Source: Gemmatimonadota bacterium
GTDB taxonomy: Bacteria > Gemmatimonadota > Gemmatimonadetes > Palauibacterales > Palauibacteraceae
DNA length: 64,000 nucleotides
Assembly: GCA_963666735.1 (NCBI GenBank)
Contig: OY762926.1
Location: 192,001 to 256,000, forward strand
Direction of reading: 5' to 3'
Positions 18,430-28,389 of the stretch are shown piece after piece. The position numbers were made by a program, and so were the translations under genes. How positions within the stretch are numbered: position 1 is the first letter of the stretch; every line of letters begins with the position of its first letter. The notes below the pieces were generated by a model. That model worked only from the letters and a program-made list of their open reading frames with translations, searched no databases and was not told where the DNA came from.

Positions 18430-19710
18430 CTACGAGGGGCGTGACCCCCGCAGTTCGAGTGTGGCGAGGGCGTCGAGGTGAACCTCGTCCGGGCCGTCGG
18501 CCAGGCGCAGCGTCCGCGAGTGCGCGTAGGCGGCCGCGAGCCAGGTGTCGGGGCTCACGCCGAGGGCGCCGTGGACCTGGATCGCCTGGTCGAGGACGCG
18601 GCAGGCCATGCGGGGGGCGACGACCTTGATCATGGCGATCTCCCGGCGCGCGGCCTTGTTGCCGACGGTGTCCATCATGTGGGCGGCGTGCAGGGTGAGA
18701 AGCCGGGCCTGATCCACGGCGATGCGGCACTCCGCGAGTGCGTGGCGGAGTGCGCCCTTCTCGGCGAGGGGGCCGGAGAAGGCGACGCGGGTCCTCGCCC
18801 GCTCGGCCATGTCCTCGATCGCGCGCTCGGCGACCCCGGCGAGGCGCATGCAGTGGTGGATGCGGCCGGGACCGAGGCGGCCCTGCGCGATCTCGAACCC
18901 GCGGCCCGGGCCGAGGAGCATGTTGCCGGCGGGCACGCGCACGTCGGTGAAGCGCACCTCGCCGTGGCCGACCGGGGCGCTGTCGTAGCCGAACACGCCG
19001 AGCGGACGCACGACCTCGATCCCCGGAGCATCGCGCGCCACGAGGACCATCGATTGCTGCCGGTGGCGCGGTGCGCCGGCGTCCGTCTTGCCCATGAAGA
19101 TGAACAGCCGGCACTCCGCCCGTGGGGCCTGCGTCGCCCACCACTTGTGGCCGTTGATGACCCATTCGTCTCCCTCCCGCACGATGGACGAGCGGATGTT
19201 CGTCGCGTCCGACGACGCCACGTCAGGCTCCGTCATCGCAAAGGAGGAACGGATCTCCCCGGCCAGCAGCGGCTCCAGCCACTCCTTCCGCTGTGCCCGC
19301 GTTCCGTAGCGGGCCAGCGTCTCCATGTTGCCGGTGTCGGGCGCGTTGCAGTTGAAGACCTCGGGCGCCCATTCCACGCGTCCCATGATCTCGCAGATGA
19401 GCGCGTACTCGAGGTTCGACAACCGCGCCCCGCAGCGTCCGCCGGGATCGTCTCCCGGTGCGTCCGCCGAATCGTCCGCCGGATCGTCCGGGGGCTGCGC
19501 GTCGGGCGGGAGGAAGAGGTTCCACAGCCCCTCGTCGCGTGCCCGCGCCTTCAGCGTCTCGAGGATCGGCGGCGTGGAGAACCGGTTCTCCGCCGCTTCG
19601 ATCTCCCGGTGGAAGGTCGCCTCGTTGGGGTGGACGTGCGCCTCCATGAACTCGCGCACGCGCGCCTGCAGTTCGAGAGACCGTTTGGAGAAGAGGGCTG
19701 GGGCGTTCAC
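18430..19710 (-). CDS. Acyl-CoA dehydrogenase (ACAD10/11, LvaC-like)
   Basis: [40 protein letters not shown] and [10 protein letters not shown]. Confidence 0.92.
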   Translation of the reverse strand: MNAPALFSKRSLELQARVREFMEAHVHPNEATFHREIEAAENRFSTPPILETLKARARDEGLWNLFLPPDAQPPDDPADDSADAPGDDPGGRCGARLSNLEYALICEIMGRVEWAPEVFNCNAPDTGNMETLARYGTRAQRKEWLEPLLAGEIRSSFAMTEPDVASSDATNIRSSIVREGDEWVINGHKWWATQAPRAECRLFIFMGKTDAGAPRHRQQSMVLVARDAPGIEVVRPLGVFGYDSAPVGHGEVRFTDVRVPAGNMLLGPGRGFEIAQGRLGPGRIHHCMRLAGVAERAIEDMAERARTRVAFSGPLAEKGALRHALAECRIAVDQARLLTLHAAHMMDTVGNKAARREIAMIKVVAPRMACRVLDQAIQVHGALGVSPDTWLAAAYAHSRTLRLADGPDEVHLDALATLELRGSRPS

Positions 19711-19865
19711 TCGCGTTCCGCCGGGGTGTCGGGGTCGAGGGTGACATTGTCGGGGTGGGCCCCAAGATTAGCGGGCCCTCCGGCGGAAACAACGGGCGCC
19801 GCCGGCAGCACCGCTACCGACAGGGCGGCCGGCACGGGCCGCCTCCACCTTTTGGGGACTCGGGG

Positions 19866-22139
19866 ATGAGCGAACGGCATCTGGGACTCTATGGCGCGAC
19901 GGCGCTCGGAGTCGGCGCGATCGTGGGGGGCGGGATCCTCGCGCTCGCCGGCGTCGCCTTCGCCACGGCCGGTCCCGCCGCGATCCTCGCCTTCGGCCTC
20001 AACGGGGGGATCGCGTTCCTCACCGCGATGAGCTTCGCGCGCCTCGCCCGGCGGTTCCCGGAATCCGGCGGCATCTACACCTACGCGAAGAAGGTGCTCT
20101 CGATCGAGGTCGCGTTCGTGGTGGGATGGGTGGTGTGGTTCGCCTCCATCGTGGCCGGCGTCCTCTACGCGCTCGGCTTCGCCGCCTTCCTCGTCGAAGG
20201 CTTGGAGCGCCTGGGCCCCGTGCTTGGCGAGTCGTGGGACTGGGTCGGACACGGCCGCACCCAGATCGGCTTTGCGATCGGCGCCGTGGCCGTCTACGCG
20301 CTGATTCTCGTGCAGCGCACCGCGGGAGGGGGCAACGCGGCCACGATCGGCAAAGTCGTCGTTTTCGCGGTGCTCATCGCCGGTGGTTTCGTCGCGTGGA
20401 TCGTGGGCGACTCCGGGGAGGCGCTGCAGCGGCTGAGCCCATTCGCACCCGAGGGCTCGCTCGGCCTGCTGCAGGCCATGGGCTACACCTTCATCGCCCT
20501 GCAGGGATTCGACCTCATCGCCGCGGTGGGCGGAGAAGTTCGGGACTCCCGCCACACGGTGCCCCGTGCGATGTATCTGTCGCTCGGGATCGCGCTCGTC
20601 GTCTACATCCCCCTTCTCGTCATCGTCGCGACGGTCGGCGCGCCTCCCGAGGGGATCCAGGCCGCGGCGCAGGCGCACCCGGAGGGGCTCGTGGCCGAGG
20701 CGGCCGAGCGCTTCATGGGGCCGGCGGGTTACTGGCTGGTCATCGGCGCCGGACTCCTGTCCATGCTGTCGGCGCTGCAGGCGAACCTGTTCGGCGCCTC
20801 GCGCGTCGCGTTCTCGATGGCGCGAGACCGGACGCTGCCGCACCACATCGGGGAGATGCGGGGGCGAACGGGGACGCCCGCCGTCGCCGTCGTCGCGACG
20901 GGCGGGATGATGACGCTGATCGCGGTCGCGGTGGGAAACGTCGCCTCCGCGGGCGCCGCGTCCAGTCTCATCTTTCTCATCTCGTTTGCGATGGTCCATT
21001 GGGCCGCGATGCTCGCGCGGATGCGTTCAGGCGACCCGCGCCCGGCGACGCTCCCGGCCGTCGGCGCGGCCCTCTGCCTGGGGCTGGCGATCTTCCAGGC
21101 CATCGCCGTACCCGAGGCGGGGCGAGTGGTCGCCCTGTGGCTCGGCCTCGGCGTGGCGCTCTACCTGATACTGCTCGCGCCCGGCGCCCGTCTCGCCGAC
21201 GCGAGCGCCCAGGCGCGTGACCCCGATCTCGCCCGCCTGCGCGGCCGCAGCCCGCTCGTGCTCGTGCCGATCGGCAATCCCGCCAGCGCCGCGAGCCTCG
21301 TCGACGTGGCGACGACCGTTCGCGCGCCGGGTGTCGGCCGGATCCTGCTGCTGTCGGTGATTCCGAGGGAGGGGCGGCCGGCGCTCTCCGGCGACGCGGT
21401 GGTGCGGGACGCCAAGGACATCCTGGGCGACTCGGTGCGGCGCGGCCTCGAGGACTCGATTCTGCCGGAGACGCTGTTCACGATCGCGTCGGACGTGTGG
21501 GGGGAGATTGCTCGCGTGGCCAACAGCCAGCCGTGCGAAACCGTGCTCGTGGGGCTGCCGCGACTCACCGAACCCGGCGTCGAGACTCGGCTTGAGGGTC
21601 TCATCTCCAGGGTCGGCGCGGACGTGGTCATCGTGCGGGCGCCGCCGCGCTGGCGGATCGAGGAGGCGCGGCGCATTCTCGTGCCGGTGAAGGGACGACG
21701 CGACCACAGCGAACTGCGCGCCCGGCTGCTTGGGAGCCTGGCGCGATCCTCCGAGCGGTCCGTCACGTTTCTGCGTACGCTCCCGTCCGACGCGTCTCCC
21801 GACCGGCGACGAAGAGTCAAGCGCACCGTCCGGCAGCTCGCCAGGGATGAGGCCGCGGGTCCGCATGACGTCGCCTTCGAACACACGGACGACCCGGCGG
21901 AACCGGTCGCCCGCCTGGGACAGGAGAACGATCTCGTAGTGATGGGGATGGAACGCCGCGGCTGGGGCGAACCCGCGATCGGCGCCTTCGCCCTCGAAGT
22001 GGCCCGGCGGACGGACATGCCCCTCATCCTCCTCGGCCGGCGGCGCCACGCCGGGACGCTGACCGCGCGAGGCCTCGCGCAGGCGGTGTCGACGATCCAG
22101 AGGTCGGGAGAGAGGTCGGGAGAGAGGTCGGAACAGTGA
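19866..22139 (+). CDS. APC-family amino-acid permease with C-terminal USP-like domains
   Basis: GVGAIVGGGI, PESGGIYTY and ~12 TM segments; VLVPIGNP and ILVPVKG USP-like strands. Confidence 0.85.
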   Translation: MSERHLGLYGATALGVGAIVGGGILALAGVAFATAGPAAILAFGLNGGIAFLTAMSFARLARRFPESGGIYTYAKKVLSIEVAFVVGWVVWFASIVAGVLYALGFAAFLVEGLERLGPVLGESWDWVGHGRTQIGFAIGAVAVYALILVQRTAGGGNAATIGKVVVFAVLIAGGFVAWIVGDSGEALQRLSPFAPEGSLGLLQAMGYTFIALQGFDLIAAVGGEVRDSRHTVPRAMYLSLGIALVVYIPLLVIVATVGAPPEGIQAAAQAHPEGLVAEAAERFMGPAGYWLVIGAGLLSMLSALQANLFGASRVAFSMARDRTLPHHIGEMRGRTGTPAVAVVATGGMMTLIAVAVGNVASAGAASSLIFLISFAMVHWAAMLARMRSGDPRPATLPAVGAALCLGLAIFQAIAVPEAGRVVALWLGLGVALYLILLAPGARLADASAQARDPDLARLRGRSPLVLVPIGNPASAASLVDVATTVRAPGVGRILLLSVIPREGRPALSGDAVVRDAKDILGDSVRRGLEDSILPETLFTIASDVWGEIARVANSQPCETVLVGLPRLTEPGVETRLEGLISRVGADVVIVRAPPRWRIEEARRILVPVKGRRDHSELRARLLGSLARSSERSVTFLRTLPSDASPDRRRRVKRTVRQLARDEAAGPHDVAFEHTDDPAEPVARLGQENDLVVMGMERRGWGEPAIGAFALEVARRTDMPLILLGRRRHAGTLTARGLAQAVSTIQRSGERSGERSEQ

Positions 22140-24505
22140 CGGCCGACGTCATCATCGTCCTCGCCATTGTCGCGGTGGCTGTCGTCCTCTTCGTCACGGA
22201 ATGGGTACGCTACGACGGCGTGGCGCTCATGGTGCTCCTCTCCCTGGCGATCTCCGGCGTCATCCCCATGGCCCGCGCCATCGATGGGTTCGCCAACCCC
22301 GCCGTGGTCACGATCGCGGCCGTGCTCGTGCTGAGCGGCGGGCTTTACAAGACCGGCGTCGCGAACCTCGTCGGCGCCCAGGTGCTGCGGCTGGCGGGTG
22401 ATTCTCAGGTGCGGGTCACGGCGCTGCTGATGCTCACGTCCGGGATCATGTCGGGGGTGATGAACAACACGGCGGCGGTCGCGCTCCTCATCCCGGTCGT
22501 GATCCAAATCTCCCGCCGTCTCGGCATGCGTCCCTCCCGGCTGCTGATCCCGCTCTCCTTCGCCGCGCTACTCGGCGGCATGACGACCCTCATCGGGACG
22601 GGGCCCAACATCCTCCTCTCGAGCATACTCGAGCGCATGGGGCAGGGGGGGTTCGGCTTCTTCGCGTTTACGCCCGTCGGCGCGACCGCGCTCGCCATGG
22701 GGGTCCTGTACGTGGTCCTCGCGGGGAGGCACTTCCTGCCGGACCGCTCCGCGGGGGACGAAGACGGGGGGGGCGAAGGGGGCGACGAGATCGACCTGGC
22801 CGGCCGCTACCGCCTCGCCGAGTCGCTGCTCTCGCTCCGGATTCCGTCGGATTCCGCGCTCGACGGGTGTTCTCTCGTCGAGGCGCGGCTCGGGCAGGCG
22901 CTGGGGTACGACCTGCTGGCCGTGCGTCGCAAGGGGCAGCTGGTGCGGGCTCCGGAGCGGGATTTTCAGCTGCGGAGCGACGACGTGCTCATCGTCGAGG
23001 GGCGGCTCGGGGCGCTCGACCGCCTGCGCGCCTGGGGTCACCTCGCCAGACACAGGGAGTCGGAAGGCGCCCTGGGGCGTCTCGTGAAGGATGCGACGGT
23101 GCTGGCCGAGGTCGAGATCGCCGAGAAGTCGGACCTCGTCGACAGCACGGTGCGCAGTATCGATTTCCGCAACCGTTTCCAGGCCCACGTCGTCGCCATC
23201 CGGCGCGGCGGCGGGGTCCTGAGCGGCTCGTTCCAGAGGGTCAATCTCGAGACCGGCGATGCGCTCCTCCTGCTGGGTCGCGAGGACCAACTCCAGCAAC
23301 TCCGTTATGCGGCGGAGTTCTCGTCCGTCGGATGGACGGACATCGGTTCCGCCACCGAGGCGTACGAGTTGCACCGATGGCTGATGCGCCTCCACATCCC
23401 CGACGGATCCTGGCTGGACGGACGGACCCTGGAGGCCTCGCGGCTCCGGCGCGCCTTCGACCTCACGGTGCTGGAGATCGAGCGCGAGGACGGCGACATC
23501 GCCCTGCCGCACGCGTCGGCGAGGATGCGGGCCGGCGATCACCTCATCGTCGAGGGGGCCCCGGCTTCCTTCGCCGTGCTGGAGGCGCTCCAGGCGCTCG
23601 TGCCGGCGGACGAACGACCCTCCGTGGGCGAACTGGAGTCGGAGGACGTGGGGTTCGCCGAGGTCACCCTGGCCCCGAGTTCCGACCTGGTCGGGAAGAC
23701 GCTGCGCGAGGTCCTCTTCCGCGAATCGTACGGACTGAACCTGATCTCGATCTTCCGGGGGGGGCGGGCCTTTCACTCGAACATCCGCATCGCGCGGACG
23801 GCGCTCGAGTTCGGGGACGCTCTCCTCGTCTACGGCAACCGGAAGAAGATCGCGCTCCTTGCCCGCGACCCGCGATTCCTGGTCCTCCACGGCCAACTCC
23901 ATGAGGTCTTCCGCGTCGACAAGGCGTGGATGGCCAGCGCGATCATGGTGGGCTTCATCCTCGCGGCATCCCTCAACCTGCTCCCCGTGTACATCGCGGC
24001 GCTGCTCGGCGCGCTCCTGATGGTGTGCGCCGGGTGCGTGAAGGGGAACGAGGTCTACACCTTCGTCGAATGGCGGGTCGTCATGCTCCTCGGGGGGATG
24101 CTGGCGCTCGGTCTCGCGATGGAGGATTCCGGCACGGCGGAACTCATCGCCCGCGAAGTCGTGGGGCGGGCGGCGGAGATGGGACCGCGGATCCTCATCG
24201 CGAGCATTTTCCTCATCTGCGCGCTCGCGGCGCAGTTCGTCCCCACCTCGGCGGTCGCCGTGCTTGTCGCGCCGGTCGCGCTCAGCGCCGCGTCCGAACT
24301 GGACCTTTCGGCACGGGCGCTGCTCATGGTCGTGGCGGTGGGCTCCTCCTGCGCGTTCCTAAGCCCCTTCGGCCACCCGGTCAACCTGCTCGTGATGGGC
24401 GTGGGCGGCTACAAGGTCGTCGACTACACGAGAGTGGGCGCGCCGCTCTTCCTGCTCCTGCTGCTGATGGTTGTCTTCTTCCTCCCCATCGTCTGGCCTC
24501 TCTAG
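22136..24505 (+). CDS. SLC13/DASS permease with TrkA-C repeats
   Basis: SGVMNNTA, LGGMTTLIGTGPN, four TrkA-C-like repeats and FLSPFGHPVN. Confidence 0.88.
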   Translation: MTADVIIVLAIVAVAVVLFVTEWVRYDGVALMVLLSLAISGVIPMARAIDGFANPAVVTIAAVLVLSGGLYKTGVANLVGAQVLRLAGDSQVRVTALLMLTSGIMSGVMNNTAAVALLIPVVIQISRRLGMRPSRLLIPLSFAALLGGMTTLIGTGPNILLSSILERMGQGGFGFFAFTPVGATALAMGVLYVVLAGRHFLPDRSAGDEDGGGEGGDEIDLAGRYRLAESLLSLRIPSDSALDGCSLVEARLGQALGYDLLAVRRKGQLVRAPERDFQLRSDDVLIVEGRLGALDRLRAWGHLARHRESEGALGRLVKDATVLAEVEIAEKSDLVDSTVRSIDFRNRFQAHVVAIRRGGGVLSGSFQRVNLETGDALLLLGREDQLQQLRYAAEFSSVGWTDIGSATEAYELHRWLMRLHIPDGSWLDGRTLEASRLRRAFDLTVLEIEREDGDIALPHASARMRAGDHLIVEGAPASFAVLEALQALVPADERPSVGELESEDVGFAEVTLAPSSDLVGKTLREVLFRESYGLNLISIFRGGRAFHSNIRIARTALEFGDALLVYGNRKKIALLARDPRFLVLHGQLHEVFRVDKAWMASAIMVGFILAASLNLLPVYIAALLGALLMVCAGCVKGNEVYTFVEWRVVMLLGGMLALGLAMEDSGTAELIAREVVGRAAEMGPRILIASIFLICALAAQFVPTSAVAVLVAPVALSAASELDLSARALLMVVAVGSSCAFLSPFGHPVNLLVMGVGGYKVVDYTRVGAPLFLLLLLMVVFFLPIVWPL

Positions 24506-24530
24506 TCGCCGTTCTCCGGCCGGTGGGCGT

Positions 24531-26540
24531 CTACTCGCGGCGCGCGACTTCGGTCTCGATCTCTTCCCAGGTTCTCATCAATTCGTCGAGTTCCCCCGTC
24601 CGGGACGCGCGTTCGGCCTCGAGCCTGCGGACCTCTTCGCCGGGTGTCTCGGCGTAGAACGCCGAATCGGCGAAGGTCTCGTCGATCTCGTCGAGTCGGG
24701 CCTCGGCGGCTTCGATCCGGCGGGTGATGTCGTTCAGCTTCTTCCGCAGCGAGCCGCCCCGGTAGCGGTTCCGGCTTCCCTTCGCGGTACTCGGCCGGGC
24801 GCGGCGTGGCGGTGAGGCGTCGTCCGTAGGGTTGCCGGCGGAGAGCTTGTCGGCGGCGCGAGTTTCGGCGGCGGCGACGCGGGCGGCGCGCTTCTCTTTC
24901 CGGGCCCTGAGGACGACGGTGTCGACATCGAGGTGGTCGTCTCCGCAGTAGTGGACGTACTCGTCGTAGCTGCCCTTGAAGTCGCGGATGCCGTCCTCGG
25001 AGATCTCGACGATGCGGGTCGCGAGCTGCGAGACGAACCAGCGGTCGTGCGAGACGAGGATGAGCGTGCCGTCGTAGCTCCGGAGCGCCCCGACCAGCGA
25101 CTCGATGGATTCGAGGTCAAGGTGGTTCGTGGGTTCGTCGAGAACGAGCACGTTGGGCCGCTCGATCGCCATCCGGCAGAAGACGAGTCGGGCGGCCTCG
25201 CCCCCGGAAAGGTTGCCGACCCGCTTCTTCGCGTCGTCGCCGGAGAAGAGCACGCGCCCCATCTCGCCGCGCACGAAACCGAGGGTCCGTCCGGGACAGA
25301 AGCCCGCGATCCAGTCCTCGGCCGTCTGACCCGGCGACTCGAAGCGGGCCTCCTGGTCCTGCGCGAAGTAGCTCGGGTGCGTCTCGTAGCCCCACCTGAC
25401 CCCGCCGGCGTCGGATTCCAGCTCGCCCATGACGATCTTGAGCAGGGTCGACTTCCCGATCCCGTTGGGGCCCATGATAGCCATGCGGTCCCCGCGCTCG
25501 AGCGTGAGATCGACGCCGTGCAGGACCTCATTCAGTTCCGCGCCGCCGCCGTACGCCTTCTTCACGCCCTCCATTCCGAGGACGGTGCGTCCGCTCGGAC
25601 GGCGGGATTCGAAGCGGAAGTTCGGATAGCGGCGGGAGGAGGCCGGGAGGGGCTGCAGGGCCTCGGCCCTCTTCTCTATGAGGCGCAGCTTGCTCTGGGC
25701 CTGTCGCGCCTTGCTCGCCTTGGCCCGGAAGCGATCGACGAACTGTTGGTGGTGGGCGATCTCCCGCTCCCGCTTGGCGAGTTCCTTCTCGCGCCTCTCC
25801 TGATCCTCTCTCTTGCGGACGAGATAGTCGTCATAGTTGCCTTTGTATGTAGTGACGGTCTCATAGTCGATGTCGATAATGTGCGTGGCGATATTGTCGA
25901 GGAACCGGTGGTCGTGGGAGATGACGACGATCGCTCCATTGAACTCCCGCAGGAACTTCTCTAGCCACCGGATGGAGAGGATGTCGAGGTGGTTCGTCGG
26001 CTCGTCGAGGAGGAGGACGTCGGGCGCGCCGGCGAGCGCCTGGGCGAGCAGCACGCGGAGCTTGAACCCGCCGGAGAGGGTGGAGAGCGGACGGCGGTGA
26101 ATGTCGCTCGGGAAGCCGAGGCCCTCGAGGATCTCGCCCGCGCGAGCCTCCGCTGTGTAGCCGTCGTGGCGCTGGAAGATCTCCTCGAGTTCGGAGAAGC
26201 GGTCGGCGTCGAAGTCTCCGTCCTCCGCCTCGATCAGGGCCTCCCGCTCGACCATGGCGCGCCACAGATCGGGGTTCCCCATGAGCGTGGCGCCGAGGAT
26301 TTCCTCTTCGTCGTGGAGGAAGTGGTCCTGGCGAAGAACGCCGAGTTGAAGCCGGCGGGGGACGGTGACGGATCCCTCCGTCGGGTCCTCGGTGCCCCCG
26401 AGGATGTTGAGGAGCGTCGTCTTGCCGGATCCGTTCGCGCCCACGAGGCCGTAGCACTCGCCGGGGTTGAGGAGGAAGGTCGCGTCGCGGAACAGGACCT
26501 GGCCGCCGAAGACCTTTCCGAGGCCTGAGACAGTGATCAT
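24531..26540 (-). CDS. ABC-F family ATPase
   Basis: Two ABC cassettes (GANGSGKT, GPNGIGKS, LSGG, LDEPTNHLD) and no TM segments. Confidence 0.93.
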   Translation of the reverse strand: MITVSGLGKVFGGQVLFRDATFLLNPGECYGLVGANGSGKTTLLNILGGTEDPTEGSVTVPRRLQLGVLRQDHFLHDEEEILGATLMGNPDLWRAMVEREALIEAEDGDFDADRFSELEEIFQRHDGYTAEARAGEILEGLGFPSDIHRRPLSTLSGGFKLRVLLAQALAGAPDVLLLDEPTNHLDILSIRWLEKFLREFNGAIVVISHDHRFLDNIATHIIDIDYETVTTYKGNYDDYLVRKREDQERREKELAKREREIAHHQQFVDRFRAKASKARQAQSKLRLIEKRAEALQPLPASSRRYPNFRFESRRPSGRTVLGMEGVKKAYGGGAELNEVLHGVDLTLERGDRMAIMGPNGIGKSTLLKIVMGELESDAGGVRWGYETHPSYFAQDQEARFESPGQTAEDWIAGFCPGRTLGFVRGEMGRVLFSGDDAKKRVGNLSGGEAARLVFCRMAIERPNVLVLDEPTNHLDLESIESLVGALRSYDGTLILVSHDRWFVSQLATRIVEISEDGIRDFKGSYDEYVHYCGDDHLDVDTVVLRARKEKRAARVAAAETRAADKLSAGNPTDDASPPRRARPSTAKGSRNRYRGGSLRKKLNDITRRIEAAEARLDEIDETFADSAFYAETPGEEVRRLEAERASRTGELDELMRTWEEIETEVARRE

Positions 26541-26598
26541 GGGTCTATCTGCGCGCGGCGCGGCCTGTTGTCATGGGGTTGCGGGGGAAGGACGCGGG

Positions 26599-28389
26599 TC
26601 AGCAGGACACGCAGTTGTGGCTGTTCTTCGAGCCGAGGCTCTCAAGCAGGGCCACGGCCTCCGGGAAGGGTTGCGTGCGCTGGTAGGGGCCGTTCGCCAT
26701 GTCCGCGGTCGTCTGGCCCACGCGACTGACGGCCGTGACGTCCGCGCCGTGCTCGACGAGGAAGCGGATGACCTCCAGATCGCCGCGCGAGGCCGCGTTG
26801 TGGAGCGGGGTATAGCCCTCTTCGTCGCGCCGGTTCACGTCCGCGCCCAACTCTTCCACCAGGTAGCGGACGGCCGGCAGCCAGCCGTCCGGGACGTACC
26901 GGTGGGCGTTGCTGGGGAAGCCCTGGCCGTAGCCGATGCCGGTCGCGGCGTGGATCGGGTAATCGGCGGGGCCGCCCACGGGCACGGGGGGAACCCCGGA
27001 CAGATCTCGCTTCTCGCGGTCCCACGCCGGGAGCCGCCGCGAGGGCACCTTGATGGTGGCGAGGTGGGGGCCGGCGCCGTACTCGACGAGGAGCCTCATC
27101 GCCTCCACGTCCAGGGAGTACGCGGCGCGCCAGAAGGGGGTCGCGCCCTTCAGGTCGATCTGCAGGAGGTCGAAGTTGTACGACACCCACCACAGGTGCT
27201 TCCCGAGACGCGCGTTGGGATCCACGCCCGCGTCGAGCAGACGGCGCATGACGTCGAGATAACTGTGCCGCTGCTGCCCGTGGGCGTGTTGCTGCGGGTA
27301 GCGCGATTTCGGCGCCCAGTGGGCGTTGAGGGCGGCGAAGAGCGGTGTCGCGCCGGCGGCGGAGGCGAGTTGCGGGTCGGCGCCGGCCTCGAGCAGTTCC
27401 ATGGCGAGGTCGAAGTGGCCGTTGATCATCGCGATGAGCATGGGGCTCGTGTGGTCGCCGCCGCTCACCTGGTTGACGTCCGCCCCGGCCTCGATGAGCG
27501 CGCGCACGGTGCCTGCGTGCCCCTCGCGGGCGGCGTGGAGCAGGGCGGTGAGACCGCCGTGGCCGCCGATGAGGTCGCCGTAGCCGAGCGGCTCGGGCTC
27601 CTCGATCGGACGGTCGTAATCCTCCTCGTCCTCGGCCGCGGGACGGCCCGCCGGGGCGTCGGGAGCCGCGGCCAGCGGCGCATCGGATGGGGCGGGCTGG
27701 GGCGGCACCGGCGGTTCGGGTTCTCCGCGCATCCGCGCCGCGCGGGCCCGGCGGTCGGCTTGCGACCACCCGGCCAACGCTGTGATGTCGGTCACCCAGG
27801 TGGCAAGAGCGGGGTCCGCACCGCCCTCGAGCAGCGCCCGCACGGCGGCTTCCCGGCCGCGGGCCGCCGCGTACATGACCGCCGTCTGGCCCCAGCGCGC
27901 TTCGCGGGCGTCGGCATCCCCGCCGTGCTCCAGGAGCAGGCGGACGGCCTCCGCGTCGCCCGCGCCCGCGGCGAGGTGCAGCGGCGTCGCGCCGCCCACG
28001 TCATCGGTGGTGGCCGTCTGTTCCGCACCGCCGGCGAGCAGGAGGCGCACGACGTGTGCGCTGCCGACTTCGCTCGCGAGGAGCAGCGGCGTATAGGCCC
28101 CGATGCGGGTGACGGCGCCGACGTCCGCGCCCGCCTCGAGGAGCAAGCCCGCCAGGGCGGCGTTCGCGGAGCGGGCGGCCCAGTGGAGTGCGGTCATCCC
28201 GTCGCCCTGCGGCGCGTTCACGTCGGCGCCAGCGGACAGCAGCGCGCGCACGGAGGCGACATCGCCCGTCATCGCCGCGTCCGCCACCGGCGAATCGGGC
28301 GACAACGCGCCGCTCAGAAGGACCGCCAGCAGCGCGACCGCCGGCGGCTTCAGGGCCGTGACCATCCGGAGGTGCCCGTCCCGCTTCAC
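26599..28389 (-). CDS. Secreted ankyrin-repeat protein
   Basis: Signal-like N-terminus; many G.T.LH.AA..G and GADVN repeats; C-terminal CVSC. Confidence 0.9.
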   Translation of the reverse strand: MKRDGHLRMVTALKPPAVALLAVLLSGALSPDSPVADAAMTGDVASVRALLSAGADVNAPQGDGMTALHWAARSANAALAGLLLEAGADVGAVTRIGAYTPLLLASEVGSAHVVRLLLAGGAEQTATTDDVGGATPLHLAAGAGDAEAVRLLLEHGGDADAREARWGQTAVMYAAARGREAAVRALLEGGADPALATWVTDITALAGWSQADRRARAARMRGEPEPPVPPQPAPSDAPLAAAPDAPAGRPAAEDEEDYDRPIEEPEPLGYGDLIGGHGGLTALLHAAREGHAGTVRALIEAGADVNQVSGGDHTSPMLIAMINGHFDLAMELLEAGADPQLASAAGATPLFAALNAHWAPKSRYPQQHAHGQQRHSYLDVMRRLLDAGVDPNARLGKHLWWVSYNFDLLQIDLKGATPFWRAAYSLDVEAMRLLVEYGAGPHLATIKVPSRRLPAWDREKRDLSGVPPVPVGGPADYPIHAATGIGYGQGFPSNAHRYVPDGWLPAVRYLVEELGADVNRRDEEGYTPLHNAASRGDLEVIRFLVEHGADVTAVSRVGQTTADMANGPYQRTQPFPEAVALLESLGSKNSHNCVSC

